DNA of 64,000 nt from Glycera tridactyla (Eukaryota), in the NCBI GenBank assembly GCA_965644265.1, contig OZ286473.1:52266001-52330000 (forward strand), read 5' to 3'. The translations under genes were made by a program, and so were the position numbers. How positions within the stretch are numbered: position 1 is the stretch's first letter; every line of letters starts with the position of its first letter. Shown in pieces: positions 1 through 12,133 of this stretch. A model generated the notes under the pieces. It made no database searches and was not told the origin of the DNA. It saw only the letters and a list, made by a program, of their open reading frames with translations.

Positions 1-399
1 TATAACTAGTTCGAAACTGACACCCAAGATTGATAGCATTGCTTTCATGTTAGGCAAAACACAGTACCTCATATTACATGTTCTTGGGTATAGTACTAGC
101 AGGGATAGGCTGAAATGGCTAAATCAATGCAAAAAACAGAATAGATTTCATTGAAAAGAGATTAGGGGGTGAAAGACTAGGACAAGTGGCTTAGGTGGGG
201 ATGAAAAGGGCTTAGGTGATCCGGTTTAAAGTAAATAGAGCTGGAAGGCCATGCACTCCTAACACTTGATATTGCCTTCAGGCTCTGCGTATTAAAGTAA
301 TAATGCGATCCCTTTCGTCCCCATCTGGGGTGGAGGCAACTATCATGGGAGTTCAGTGACTGGGATACAACGATCGGGCTACCAGAGGCTCTAACCCAT

Positions 400-1100
400 A
401 CTGTTTGCGGCGCTTCTTTTTACACTGCCCAACACTTAACAACGAAAGGGGTCCCCTCCTTGTTTCAAGTGCTCCCCCTTGCAAGAAAGGATAGTTATCA
501 GGCTTGAGTGTTAGCTTCCAGCGAGTCACATAGTCGGATATGCCATCGTCAGGTTCACTATGTCCAATTTGTGTAGTCACAGCTGTGTCTGAACCGTCAG
601 CTACTTCCACTTGACAACCTTTCAGGTTCTCCATCATCAGGAATTGTGAGAGTGATGTCTGCAGGGGAGAGAGCATCTAGCTTTCATTGACCAGAAATAC
701 ACGGCATACATAATCCTGTGGGTTGATACATGCCATTAAACCTCAAACAGAAGAAACCCCCTCCTTGCAACATGCGAGGAACTGATTGATAACTTCTCCT
801 CCCTGACGACTGAAGAAAAATTCAAATAATTATGAAGGCTGATACCAAATAATTTGCAGCATCCTTGACCAAATGAATTGCGCATCTGGCCTTGGCTACA
901 TTAACCAAACTGTTAGCCCCAAGGGTACTGATTTACTGAATTGTTGACATTTATTTATATACTTATTATGTATGAACCGATTGTATATGATGTAAGCCTT
1001 TAGTGTATAGATAGTTCATTTTCATTGAAGTTCCTTTGTTCTATGTGAATTCAGAGAAAATGGAGTGGCTTCGAATTTGAATAGAATTGAATTTAAATTT
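400..1100 (+). mobile_element. Decayed 3' end of a non-LTR retrotransposon (ORF2 C-terminus, RTE-X/I-like), interrupted by family A copy 1
   Basis: Removing 463-767 restores the frame FFLHCPTLNNERGPLLATCEELIDNFSSLTTEEKFK, resembling the HFLLxCPxYxxxR...LxDEEKF tail of LINE ORF2 proteins. It is followed by an AT-rich UTR and a degenerate (TTGAA)n tail near 1070-1100. Confidence 0.55.
463..757 (+). mobile_element. Family A retroposon, copy 1 (5'-truncated)
   Basis: Contains the family core ctacttccacttgacaacctttcagg and the 3' end ttaaacctcaaac. Perfect 10-bp TSD CCCCTCCTTG at 453-462 and 758-767. Confidence 0.85.
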
Positions 1101-1468
1101 TTATTGTGATGAGATGAAGATCGGTCTATACCAGATGTACCAATCATTATGATTCAGCTGTAGTGGCTGTTCTTTTCAGGCCAGAATTCATGGATCTCAT
1201 GAGTGATACTATTTCAAAGAATAGATAATTTTCTCGGTATACCATCCCGATTACAGACCCGGCAATTCTTTGAAATTGCCACCACTACTTTTTGTGTCCA
1301 TCAGAGGTTGATACCCTTGTCACACAAACTTCTCACATAACAGGAACCTCAAATACCATAATATGTGAAGACTCGATAGAAGCAAACGACTAGGCGATGA
1401 ATGATGCTATCAAACTGAGTGATCTATTGCATTAATTGTTAAAAAAACCGATGCATGTAATGACAAAA

Positions 1469-1499
<31 letters not shown>

Positions 1500-1842
1500 C
1501 CGTTCAGAATATAATGACATGTATTAACCCAAAGGACTTCATGTGCCGTGAAACCTAGTACCCCTCAACACAAGATGAAAGGGAACCAGGCATGTTGTCA
1601 AGTGGGGAATTTATCAAAATTTCCTGAGTGCATTTCTTACGTCCCACAAGAGTATTTTGGGGAATCTTTTCACACAACAAACGCCATCCACAAATATCAG
1701 AGGATTCGTTTCTGATCGGATTTTCTATTTTACTGAAGTTGGAAAAAATCATCGGCTGTTTGATATTCACGTGCAAATCCAATTCTGAAGAGTGATGTAG
1801 AGGAGCACTTTTGAATTAATCTTTTTTCATGCCAATTGCATA

Positions 1843-2010
1843 TACAGTTGAACCTGCCTTAACGACCACCTCTCTATATAGACCACCTCTCTCAAAAGGC
1901 CGCTCTGAGCTGCGACCATCATAGTATTTCCAACAGTAAATCACCTCTCTTTAAAGACCGCCAGTATATAAAGGCCAGTTTTGATGTGACCAAAGGCAGG
2001 TTTGACTGTA
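1843..2010. mobile_element. TACAGT-type MITE (Tc1/mariner-pogo-like, TA-flanked)
   Basis: TIRs TACAGTTGAACCTGCC ... GGCAGGTTTGACTGTA with internal gaccacctct repeats. Confidence 0.8.
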
Positions 2011-2486
2011 CGTCTCACTATACCCATGTGACGCTGGCGAAACGAATCAAGCAATCGGTATATACGGGCGGATGATTCGTGCCTCAACTCTCGATTGCAC
2101 CAATGAGGACGGATGAATACCATTCAGTAATCATGACATAAATTCCTGAGTATGTTTCACCAATGTATAGATCCAGATATGCTCGTTCTTCACAACTCAA
2201 CTNNNNNNNNNNNNNNNNNNNNNNNNNNNNNNNNNNNNNNNNNNNNNNNNNNNNNNNNNNNNNNNNNNNNNNNNNNNNNNNNNNNNNNNNNNNNNNNNNN
2301 NNNNNNNNNNNNNNNNNNNNNNNNNNNNNNNNNNNNNNNNNNGAGAGGGGGTAGAGAGTCAAAGTCAGAGAGGGGTGAGAGGGGATAGATATATAGAGAG
2401 GAGATAGATATATAGATGGGTGGATGGGTGGTGGATGGAGGGAGGGAAGGGGGGGGGGGTTGATGGAGGGAGAGAGTGAAAGGAAG

Positions 2487-2533
<47 letters not shown>

Positions 2534-3834
2534 AGAGGCAGAGAGATCGTAGTCACACTGGTCTTTCGTTTCTCATAAACTTGATCAGATCTCTGGGGCA
2601 ATCAGGTTTGCGTGAAACTGCGGATGTGATGTCATTGTATAGACAATGTTAGGCATTCAGGGAGGCGTCTTTTGGCTGAAATGACGCCTAGTGGCAAGTA
2701 GTTTGCTGGATGAAGAAAACGATAATTGAATCACATGTGACATGGTTTCTGGGGAGATGGCATTGCGTAGCTTTCCATACACGTGGGTTGTCTTATTTCG
2801 AGGCATAATTGTGGGAGTACAATAGTTATGATGATGGTTTTTGTGTGGACGTAGCCTCATTAGCTGTTTCTCCACTATAATATCATTGTAGCACCAGCAT
2901 ATGGGGTGTATAATGGACAATGCATCTGGTATGCCGAACCATGGGAATGTGGTAACGTGGATTGGCCCAGTGGGGCTTGATCTCGCGCGCCGGAGACGTG
3001 AATCTACAACCTCTGCGTAACTCTTGTCTATTTCACAATCAAGTTGGATGCGACAATGGGGGAACATCAAACAATGCGTGGGGCGACCAGGTGTGTTTAT
3101 ATTGACACTTTCATCAATCACGCACGTACACACACGCGCGCACACCCACCCACCCACCCACTGGTGTTGATTTGACATAGATTCATGGGGAGATTGACAA
3201 CTTTGTCTTCACTCCCATGCTCTTTCTACTGTGGATGTATATTGAGCGATGTACATGGTGTGGATGCTCTGGAGGATGTGATCTCAATATTAAGAGGTAT
3301 GTTGTCCTCTGACCAGCGAGTGAAACATTTACTGACCATATACCACGAGGCAATATGGAGTGATTGAAACCACTTAACTGACAACGTAATTCGAGTCGGT
3401 TTGAGCTTATTACAATTCTGAGTTGGTGAATTACGGAATTTTTAGCCAACAATCTGTCTTATTTTACATATAAAATTACGGATATTTTGAGCCTCTCAAC
3501 CTATGTCTATAATTTCACAGAGCTTGGAATTTATTTCAATATTTTCGGTCAAAATGCCTGATCCCAGTGTTTGGCCATGACCACCCGAATGATAATTAGG
3601 CCACTGGATATATTCAGGAAGAGATGTCATTGGGACAGGAGAACATTTCTGAAAGACGGTCAAATATTCAGATAATACCCCCATATAAGCAAGGTGTTGA
3701 CTATTTTTTTCCGATCACCCAAATTGTGCACAGATCAAAGAATATTCAAGTGATTCAACATGCCTACCTCGGAACGATGTCTTGAGACGTGATGTTTTGT
3801 TCACTCTACAAGCAGTTGTGATCATGTGATGGAA

Positions 3835-4850
3835 TTATGACTTTGCTTTGCTGCCAGGTTGCAGAAGGAGATTGTAGATTGATGGTATGTGGTATTCCTG
3901 GTCCCGGTTCGTAGATGAGTTGTGCTTGCAGATGAGGACCGTCTCCTCGACTTTATGTATGGTTCAGTTTTGTTCTCTGTTGATGATCTTGGTATTGCCG
4001 AGTGATACTGAGTGGCCGGTGTTCTTGCGATGTTCACCTATAGCAGCAGGGGAATCCAGTTTGGTGTGTTTGGTGGCTAAGATACATTTGCTTTCCCCAC
4101 TGTATGTGTGGTCACAATCCTGATCGCATTGAACTTCGTTCATGACCAAACATTTTTTTCTTTGTTTTTTGTCTTTGGGGACAGTGGACACCACAGGTTT
4201 CACACCAGGATGGCGTGTGACTTGTTGCTAAGTTTATGGTGAATGTATACGCCATGGCTCATGTAGATATGCTGCAACTTTTCGGGGAGCCTGTGCACGT
4301 AAGGGATACTAATTTTGGGTTGTCCTGGCCAGTCTTGTTTTTTTCGCCTTGTTACTGTGAATCTTCCGCGGATCCGCGGATTTACGTGTTTCTGGTGACA
4401 ATCAGCAGGCCATGTACACGACGGCAAAGAGCCTCCTCTGCTGAGTATTTTGGCTTTTAGATCATGAAAATTGGACCAGTATTAGAGGAGATAGAGCACA
4501 ATGTTTGTATGGAGTTCTGGTAGCCTTCAGGCACCAGTTGTTTCGGTTTGTTGATCCACAAAATCTTAGTGCAAGTGCTCCCGGTCCGGTTTTCAGTGTT
4601 TTTGTTTGTGAGCCAATCACATCCCTGACTGATGTTTTGGGGTTTGGGTTTTGAGACTGTGAGAGCCTATTCTTCATAGTCATCAGCTCTAAGTATAGTT
4701 TTGACATGTAGCTCTACCGTTATCTTGGTGTCACAGTATTTGAGCAAATTTATGCGCAGGTCAAGGGGTGCGAGCTTGTTCTGAATTTCAGGTTCAATGG
4801 TGAACTAGATTCTGAGATCGATAATGTGTATGTGGAAGGGGTAGCTTCCC
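3835..4850 (-). mobile_element. Decayed Penelope-like retroelement (RT C-terminal region and GIY-YIG endonuclease)
   Basis: Frameshifted peptides ISIPYVHRLPEKLQHIYMSHGV...HAILV, PKDK...VQCDQDCDHTYSGES...AIGEHRKNTGHSV...TKIINREQN and KVEETVLICKHNSSTNRDQEYHIPSIYNLLL match the known layout of Penelope ORF C-termini. Similarity is weaker beyond 4430. Confidence 0.75.
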
Positions 4851-5128
4851 ACATCATACTCATGACTCTTAACAACCATGTCGTTCACATGTCTGACTCA
4901 AGCTAACGGGTGGTTTGGGGGCAGGACTAAGGACAATGTCCTGCTGCAACCTAGGCAGCGAAGTAAAATCACAAATCTATTACGTGACCACGACCGCTTG
5001 TAGAGAGGGGGAAACGTCGTATTATCCCAAAGTTGGTGAAATTACGTTTATCATGGAACGTCTTGGAACAAAGAGCAACATATTTCCGAATGGCTGTCTT
5101 TAGCCAAACTCTTTCCGCCTCCCTCGTT

Positions 5129-5248
5129 ATCTCGCGTTAGGGTCTGAGATCTCGCGTTAGGGTTTGAAATCTCGCATTGGGGTTTGAGATCTCGCGTTGG
5201 GGTTTGAGATCTCGCATTAGGGTTTGCGATCTCGCGTCAGGGTTTGAG
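5129..5248. repeat. 20-bp minisatellite x6 (ATCTCGCGTTAGGGTTTGAG) containing TTAGGG
   Basis: Six consecutive 20-bp units with 1-2 substitutions each. Confidence 0.9.
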
Positions 5249-5345
5249 AGAGTGATATATACAGGGGACAGATCATGCAGCTTTCATCAGTCAGGAATAA
5301 ACGGCATATATAATACTTTGAGACGACACATGATGTTAAACTCTG

Positions 5346-5385
<40 letters not shown>

Positions 5386-6681
5386 AGTAAACTGTATTAC
5401 ATTTATCGGTTGTTGCGATTTACACTTTTCACAGAAACTTAGTAGGATGCCCATACATTTCAGCAGGGCGAGAAGAGATAGCCACCCACCATCCGGGGGC
5501 AGGTCGAATCTCCATGTAAGCAGATAGAAAATGATAATCAATGGTTTGCATGTTTTAGCGAGGCAGGTTGATTTTCTTGATGTCTTCTCATCCTGTTCAA
5601 GTTTATTCACTGGGAAGGCACGTTCCTGAAATCATCACATACCTGAAATGAGCATTATGTACACGACTCCATTTCTCCATTTCTCTGACGCGAATATTCA
5701 CATCCGAGGCGCCAGACATTGGTATGAACTTGACTTTCAACTGCGTGGATCAGCAACACTCTGTTCTAGCTCTATATTTTAGTCCTGTTCACTCTGGTTG
5801 TTACTTTCTAACCAGATTACTCCGGCAAGCGATATCTTCCACCTCCTATAGATCACATGTATGCTACTCGCCACATGTATGTGTGAACTGAGCTCGGCTT
5901 TGTTCCTTATTTTTTCATCTCCCTTTCTTGTCCATATTACACATCTTTGGACTGATTCGGATTATGATGTGGTATTTTTGTTTCATTTTAATCACCGTTT
6001 GCATAAGCACGTTAGCAAGTTGTATGAATGTCGCAGAAACAGTCAATACGACACCACGATGTCACTCTACTTTTGTGGAATAAACACCTTTTACAGTTTA
6101 CAGTTTTGCAGTATGCCAGATTTGCCACATGGGTGTTTACTGTTACCATGGCATCTATCCGCACCTACCCATCACGTCCGAGTAGGTGTTACCATCATTC
6201 CTCCTGATGACTGGGTGCAACTCACATTAGAGTGTTCGCATGTCGGAGTTTATGTATCGGTATACACCGGGTAAATTAAAACAGTAGTAATGCATGGTGG
6301 ATAATAGGCCCACTTATTAACTGTTTATCTTTAAGGGCATCTAACTTTAGATCAGTGTACGTATGTTTCATCATATTCCTCCATTCCTTTATTCAACCTC
6401 CCTCCTCGATGTATGTGGCCTTATCCAGCATCCATTACTATTTAAAGCCACAGTCCATACAGCTCCAGAGACCACATCTGTATGACGGTAACCTGCCCAT
6501 AGAGACCACCCTGGGCAGTGACTGAAGGAGTATTTGATAAAGGGGAAAACCTCTCTACAAATGTTGCTTGTAAACAAATACTGTATTTTGACACGATCGC
6601 GGACTGCGAATAATGAATTAGATTTTCGGCCAGTTCCAGGGGACGAGACCGATCATTCCTCAGTCATACCTCCATCTCCAT

Positions 6682-6921
6682 AGTAAGATATGTCATCATC
6701 AGGTTCATTGTGCTCATTTTCAGGAGTTAGAGATATGCCTGAACTGTCAGCTATTTCCACTTGACAACCTCCCAGGTTCCCCATCATCTTGTGTTCAGGG
6801 TTTGTAAGAGAGATGTCTGCAAGGGAGAGAACGTCTAGCTTTCATGACCCAGGAACACACGGCATACATAACCCCAGGGTTGATACATGCCGTTATACCT
6901 CGAACAAACAAACACACAAAC
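6682..6921 (+). mobile_element. Family A retroposon, copy 2 (5'-truncated)
   Basis: Family core plus CAAA tail. Perfect 10-bp TSD CCATCTCCAT at 6672-6681 and 6922-6931. Confidence 0.85.
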
Positions 6922-7402
6922 CCATCTCCATTAACGTCCATTTGACTTGCCAGTTTCTCTGCTCGTCTTCTTCCAATACTAATTCTATTTCTTTGACCTG
7001 TGCTAATATCTTACTACTTACCAATTGTTCTCTATCTTATTCTGTCCACACAGGAAACTTCATTCCGATAGGAGGAGTGATGGTACAAAGGCACGAAAGG
7101 GCAGTCACCCCAACTCATGAACAAGCTACTTCGCAGGATAATTAGATGATATATGCAATGAACAAGAATCTTGAACAGCAACGCTCAAGACTGTTTACAG
7201 TACCATCTAGGAAAAGAATATGAGATGTTTTTGTGAATGATATCAGCCCATGTAGGAAAATCACTGAAGCACATGAGATCCCGCCGTTTTACAATTATAA
7301 AGAAGGGGAAAATACCAGTCGTAAATCATCAACGCATCCCGGAGATGAAACGCCGTCATATCGACCAAGTGGCCTTCGGATGAGAGTGTTGTCCGTTTCA
7401 AG

Positions 7403-7658
7403 ATGGGAAATGAACACTCCGTGCCCACGGAGCCGGATGCTACGAAAGTGGACGCGCCAGCCACGTTCTTGGAGACCCCTTCCAGATACATCCAACGTTT
7501 GACCGGCGTCGGACCAGCATTGAGTGATACAGTATTGACGGCACTCCACTACATCAATCCTCTGCCAGCTGCGGAGACTCAAGTTGTAAGCAGTGCTGAT
7601 GAACGCTGGTGTCACGTGGAGACAACCGAGGAAGAATGCTTGGATGATATTTCACTCG
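7403..7658 (+). CDS. First recognisable coding exon of an unidentified protein (MGNEHSVPTEPDATK...EECLDDISL), candidate N-myristoylated N-terminus
   Basis: ATG in strong Kozak context (caagATGG) with an upstream in-frame TGA at 7346. Donor G|GTATGT at 7658/7659. Length is 256 nt (phase 1), matching the phase-1 acceptor at 8895 to give codon GAT. GNEHSV fits the PROSITE myristoylation pattern. Confidence 0.7.
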
Positions 7659-7796
7659 GTATGTTCAACTGAAGAAGGACATGTTGACTGAATGGTCAGA
7701 TGGACGGAGTGCCGGGGGAATTAAGAGACAGATGGACAAACGCACAGACAGATACACTGATGCCTACACAAATACACTGACAAACATATTCACACA

Positions 7797-8220
7797 TCGA
7801 TACAGACAGACAGACAGACAGACGGACAGACAGACAGACAGACGGACAGACATACAGGCAAACAGACTAAAAAGACAGACAGACACAAAGACAGACAGAC
7901 ACAAAGACAGACAGGCGGACACGAAGACAGATACACAGACAAACAGGCACAAAGACAGACACGAAAACAGATACAAAGACAGGCAGAAGGAAGAAAGACA
8001 GACAGACAGACAGACACAAAGAAAGGCAGACACGAAGACAGATACACAGACAAACAGGCACAAAGACAGACATGAAAACAGATACAAAGACAGGCAGAAG
8101 GAAGAAAGACAGACAGACAGACAGACACAAAGAAAGGCAGACACAAAGACAGGGAGATATTTAGACAGACCAAAAGACAAAAAGACAGACTGACAACTAG
8201 ACAGACAGACAAACAGACAC
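7797..8220. repeat. (CAGA)n-derived intronic microsatellite with a 111-bp internal duplication
   Basis: Direct reading; duplicated block starts at 7918 and 8029. Confidence 0.9.
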
Positions 8221-8894
8221 TCTTAAAGAGTATCATGTAAGTAGTGATGTCCCATAATAATGCGGCCAATGTTTAGTTGTCTGATCATGCACACGATGCC
8301 TGACAAATCATTTTCCATGTGAATGACTGGCCCATCACACAATAAGAGCAATATGGTCTGGTCCGACTGGCATCGCACATTTCAGAATTCCCTACTTTTA
8401 CAGCGAGCCCGACAAATGGATTTTTTTCGGACAAAAGAAGGCTTGTAAGAAAAGATATACTTTTGGGCATGGCCCTGCCAAATCAAACACATTTGCCAGT
8501 TTCTTTTCGTTATATGATTCAAAGGGACCTTTCCTTTCAGATGGCATTAATATTTTCATTTGTCAGCAATAGTGCTTCATGATGCGTTGACTGTTCACTC
8601 ACGTACTAATTAGCAGTGTACCTTTCAAACAGAAATATCACTATCTATTCATAGTAAATCAGATAGTCAGCAGAGTCACCACTCATCACATTTCGTGTGG
8701 AATCAGCATATATTTAAATCCATATATCAAATTCACCTCATGCATCGAATTGATGGGATGAACATACACTGTCAATTTTCAATATAATTAGTCACAGTGA
8801 TGAATGGTGTTGACAGGAAAATGTGTTTCCTTCCGACAGCTATTTAGGTTTGACATCTTTGAAAATCTAAATTCAATGGTTTCATTCTTTTCAG

Positions 8895-10402
8895 ATGAGA
8901 CAGAGTTCTACCAAACCCCAGTCGCACAGAACGGACAGCGAGATGGACGATTCGATGGAAACCGAAATACAGGATACCCCAACCGTGTTAATAGCATACC
9001 ACAAGGTGAACGACTCTCACAACGAGGTAAACGTCAATCAGACAAACGCCAGACAGAACCAGATAACCACTCCATTGATTCCTTTGATGCTATTGTGCAA
9101 CAAAACTCGGACTTTCTCTCGGATGAAGGATCAAAAGAGGGCTCCCTCACCCGTATCAAAAGGTCACAATCCGAACGCAAGAGTCATGGCGGTATTAGGA
9201 ATGGGAGACTCCCCTTGAATGATTCCAATCAACGCGGTTTCCATGATGAACCACGGTATCATTCACGTAGTTTCAGAGGCAGGGTTGGCGCTCGTCGTTC
9301 GGACTGGGATCCCGAATTAGGGAGTGATACTTCCTTAGATGTCGCGCGAAATAGACACGAGAACAATGTTTATTTACCAGAGAGGCGTAGTTCTAAACCT
9401 AACCACGTGGAGCGCCACCCATCAGGCAGAAGGTACTCCCGATCAACACAAGATGGCGCGCAGAATCGACAGAAGCGCCCCATTGACGCGCCTGACTTGG
9501 AAATGGGCTACGCTCAGCCATCTAGACACGCCGTAACTTATGACTCTAGATACATTGCTGATGCTTATGGAAAACCATCTTTCAGACATTCAAAAGGGGG
9601 CTATTACAGGGATGATCTGGAAAGGGGGTATTATGGAGAAAACGAGCGTTATCCCGAGAAATTTCAAGACAACCTTCAGCGGCGCTGCCTCTTCCCAAGA
9701 CGAGGGTCTGCAACTGGTAGTGAGACGACTGCGCTTGCGCGAAGTGAACCCTCCACTTCCGACCTCCAGCGGTGGGATAGTGAAGCTAGTAGTGGCGGAA
9801 GTGACGTCATACCCGCAACCCCAAATTATCAATCGAGTACTCCAATTTTGGACGTAAACGCCAACTTCAACTCCAATATAAATAATAGCAATATCCCAAA
9901 ACATCAGCGGACCCGACAGAAACACGTTGTTGATGACAAACCAGTGGATTCACACAGGATTGGGTCAGATTCTACGACCAACAAGGATTCTATCACCCAA
10001 TGGAAATCATCATATCCACTAGTGACGGGTTATCGTCACGATTTCTCTAAAAAGATGAAACCATACAGGAATCCTTCTCGTTTCATACAGGGCAGCCCAT
10101 ATAAGTTGTCAGCAGAAGAGTATAAACAGCATATAGTCACCAAACCAGGTTCATTCGACAAAACCAGTGATGACCTCGGCAAGGAAATCGGGATTTTATC
10201 ATCACAAACGGGGTCGGATGTATCACGTGACAGCGTGGATAGAAAGTCCTCAGATGAAATGGGCACACCCAGACCGGGTGGAGTGTCCCTTCTTGTGGAG
10301 GATAATGCTACAGATTCACCCAAAAGCGCAAAACGCGGACGGACAGCGCGCCGTAGGAAGAAGAATCGACAAAATTCTTCGCTGATCGGAATTGTTCTCC
10401 AG
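8895..10402 (+). CDS. Large internal coding exon (~503 codons) encoding a Ser/Arg/Asp/Gly-rich disordered region ending in a polybasic cluster (RRRKKNR) and SSLIGIVLQ
   Basis: Lies in the 564-aa non-repetitive ORF 8804-10498. Polypyrimidine acceptor ttcattcttttcag| at 8894 and donor CAG|GTAGGT at 10402/10403 (phase 0). A stop-free run of 1.5 kb of complex sequence is unlikely by chance. No domain recognised. Confidence 0.85.
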
Positions 10403-10924
10403 GTAGGTGAATCCTATTTCTACTTCCTATATACCAATGATACCACTTTTCAGGTACGCAACGTGTTTTTCAGGATTCTCTTCCCTATATATAAATGATG
10501 CCACATTTTAGTTGGGCGAGGTTTCATCATTCTTCAAATGTATCAATGATGCCATTTTTCAGGTACAATTTTTCAGCTACGCGAAGCACAAATATCAATG
10601 ATGCAATGTTTCTAGTAATCTCTTAAGGACACGGCATTAAATGCAAATGCAACAGAATTTTCTTGAATTCTGACCAAAAGTAGTACTAATGCACTTGTGA
10701 GAAACTGCTGCAAATATCACATTTCAATGAGTTTTATATCAGGTAATTGCTATCACAGATATTTCGTAGCATTTTATGCACCTTGGTGTAGGCTGAGACC
10801 GTTATTTAGGCATGTGGTTCTTCGAAACATGAATCAGGTCTTTTTTTGATCCTTGGCCTTTAGTTCCACTCTCCCACATTTGATAGTTGTGCAGCTAGAA
10901 CATTGTGAGAATTCAGTTGTAGAT

Positions 10925-11074
10925 TCAGGCTCCCCATCTTCTTGTCTTCAGGGTTTGTGTAAGTGGTATCTGCAGAGGACAGAACATCCAACGCTCATTG
11001 ACCAGGAACACATGGCATATATAATTCTCTGAGCTGATACATGCCGTCAAATATCAATCAATCAATCAATCAAT
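10925..11074 (+). mobile_element. Family A retroposon, copy 3 (short, (CAAT)n tail)
   Basis: ttcaggctccccatcttcttgtcttcagggtttgtg...ttgaccaggaacacatggcat...gatacatgcc followed by (CAAT)n. Confidence 0.75.
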
Positions 11075-11934
11075 TGTGGAGCTACATCGACTTGTTAGCC
11101 TCCATTTCATTATGCCGAATATGCTGTTGTATATCACTTCCACAGGTATGGTGGATTCGCATTTTTCAGGTTTTCAGAGATCGTCGATTGACCCAGTGAC
11201 ACCCGTGGGCGATGTTCACTATCAAACAAATGTACTCAAAATGGCGTTAGGGCTCTAATTACCATGTTTTTTAAGAAAAGAAAACCATGGTATTTGAGAG
11301 GACGTGCCTCATTCTGAATGCTGCAAGAAGTTGTATCTTCAAGATTTTTATCCATTTCGCATTTGCGTTTTTGTGTACAAGTTGGGAGGGTTATAATTCG
11401 TAGGTGAGATCTCTTGCGCCACGAGAGTGGGGTCGTTCCCACAGGCCTTAATTATAAGCTGCTGATCTACCTGGTTGACAACAAGAGCACACGCCTTTGA
11501 TCACTGGACCACATGGTAGCAGTATCGGCTAAACGCTCTTTTCGACATATGCATTTACTAAGTGGACGATCCTTCTCCGTACTGTACAGGATTGACGGGT
11601 CGTTGGCGTGAATTTTACTCGCACATGGCGGCGACACGGTAGCCAACAATTTGAAATCTGGCTAAACTCAGATATTCAGATATCCATTTTCCATAGCTTC
11701 ACCAGTTTTAGCACAAGGTTCAAAATATTTGAGGCATGTGGAATTTGAGAGCTATTATGGATCTTGAGGAAGTATGGAGTATAAAAGTATCGCACGTTGT
11801 CCATCCATATCTAAATATATGCACACATTTATTGCCTGAAACGTATTTCCATCAGTCTACCATGACCCCGTCTAGAACCTGCGTTCAGTTAAATATTCGG
11901 ATATTTCGAACGAAAGTCTACCCATGTTATGTAA

Positions 11935-12133
11935 TACTGTCGAACCTCCTCTAAAGACCACCTCCCTATAAACAGCACCTCTCTATAAACAACACCTCTC
12001 CATAAAGGTCACCCTGAGCTGTGACCGTGGTAGAATTTTCAACAGTGAATGACCCCTCTGTAAAGATCCCCTGCCTATAAAGCCCATTTTCTGATGCGAC
12101 CGAAGGCGGTTTTTATAGAGAAGTTCGACTGTA
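11935..12133. mobile_element. TACAGT-type MITE
   Basis: tactgtcgaacct ... aagttcgactgta. Internal cacctctctata repeats and gagctgtgacc...ttcaacagt are shared with the 1843 copy. Confidence 0.75.

Noticed and set aside
619-640. Hammerhead-like CTGATGA...GAAA on the minus strand of family A copy 1
   Set aside because: Other copies read AAGATGAT here, stem II has only 2 bp, and no stems I or III were found.
2657-3178. 173-aa minus-strand ORF as a gene
   Set aside because: It starts in a CA microsatellite, has no recognisable domain and no convincing splice sites. It cannot be excluded as an exon but is unsupported.
3181-3296. Possible + strand exon ending at AG|GTATGT
   Set aside because: Two frames are open, the acceptor is weak and the peptide is unrecognised. 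It lies upstream of the proposed start codon.
7681-8269. ORFs in (CAGA)n, and likewise in the (GT)n, (CA)n, (GA)n and N-containing tracts
   Set aside because: Simple-repeat or gap translations.
8804-10498. The 564-aa ORF as a complete single-exon gene
   Set aside because: The first 30 and last ~32 codons lie outside clear splice sites and read like intronic sequence. Only 8895-10402 is treated as exon.
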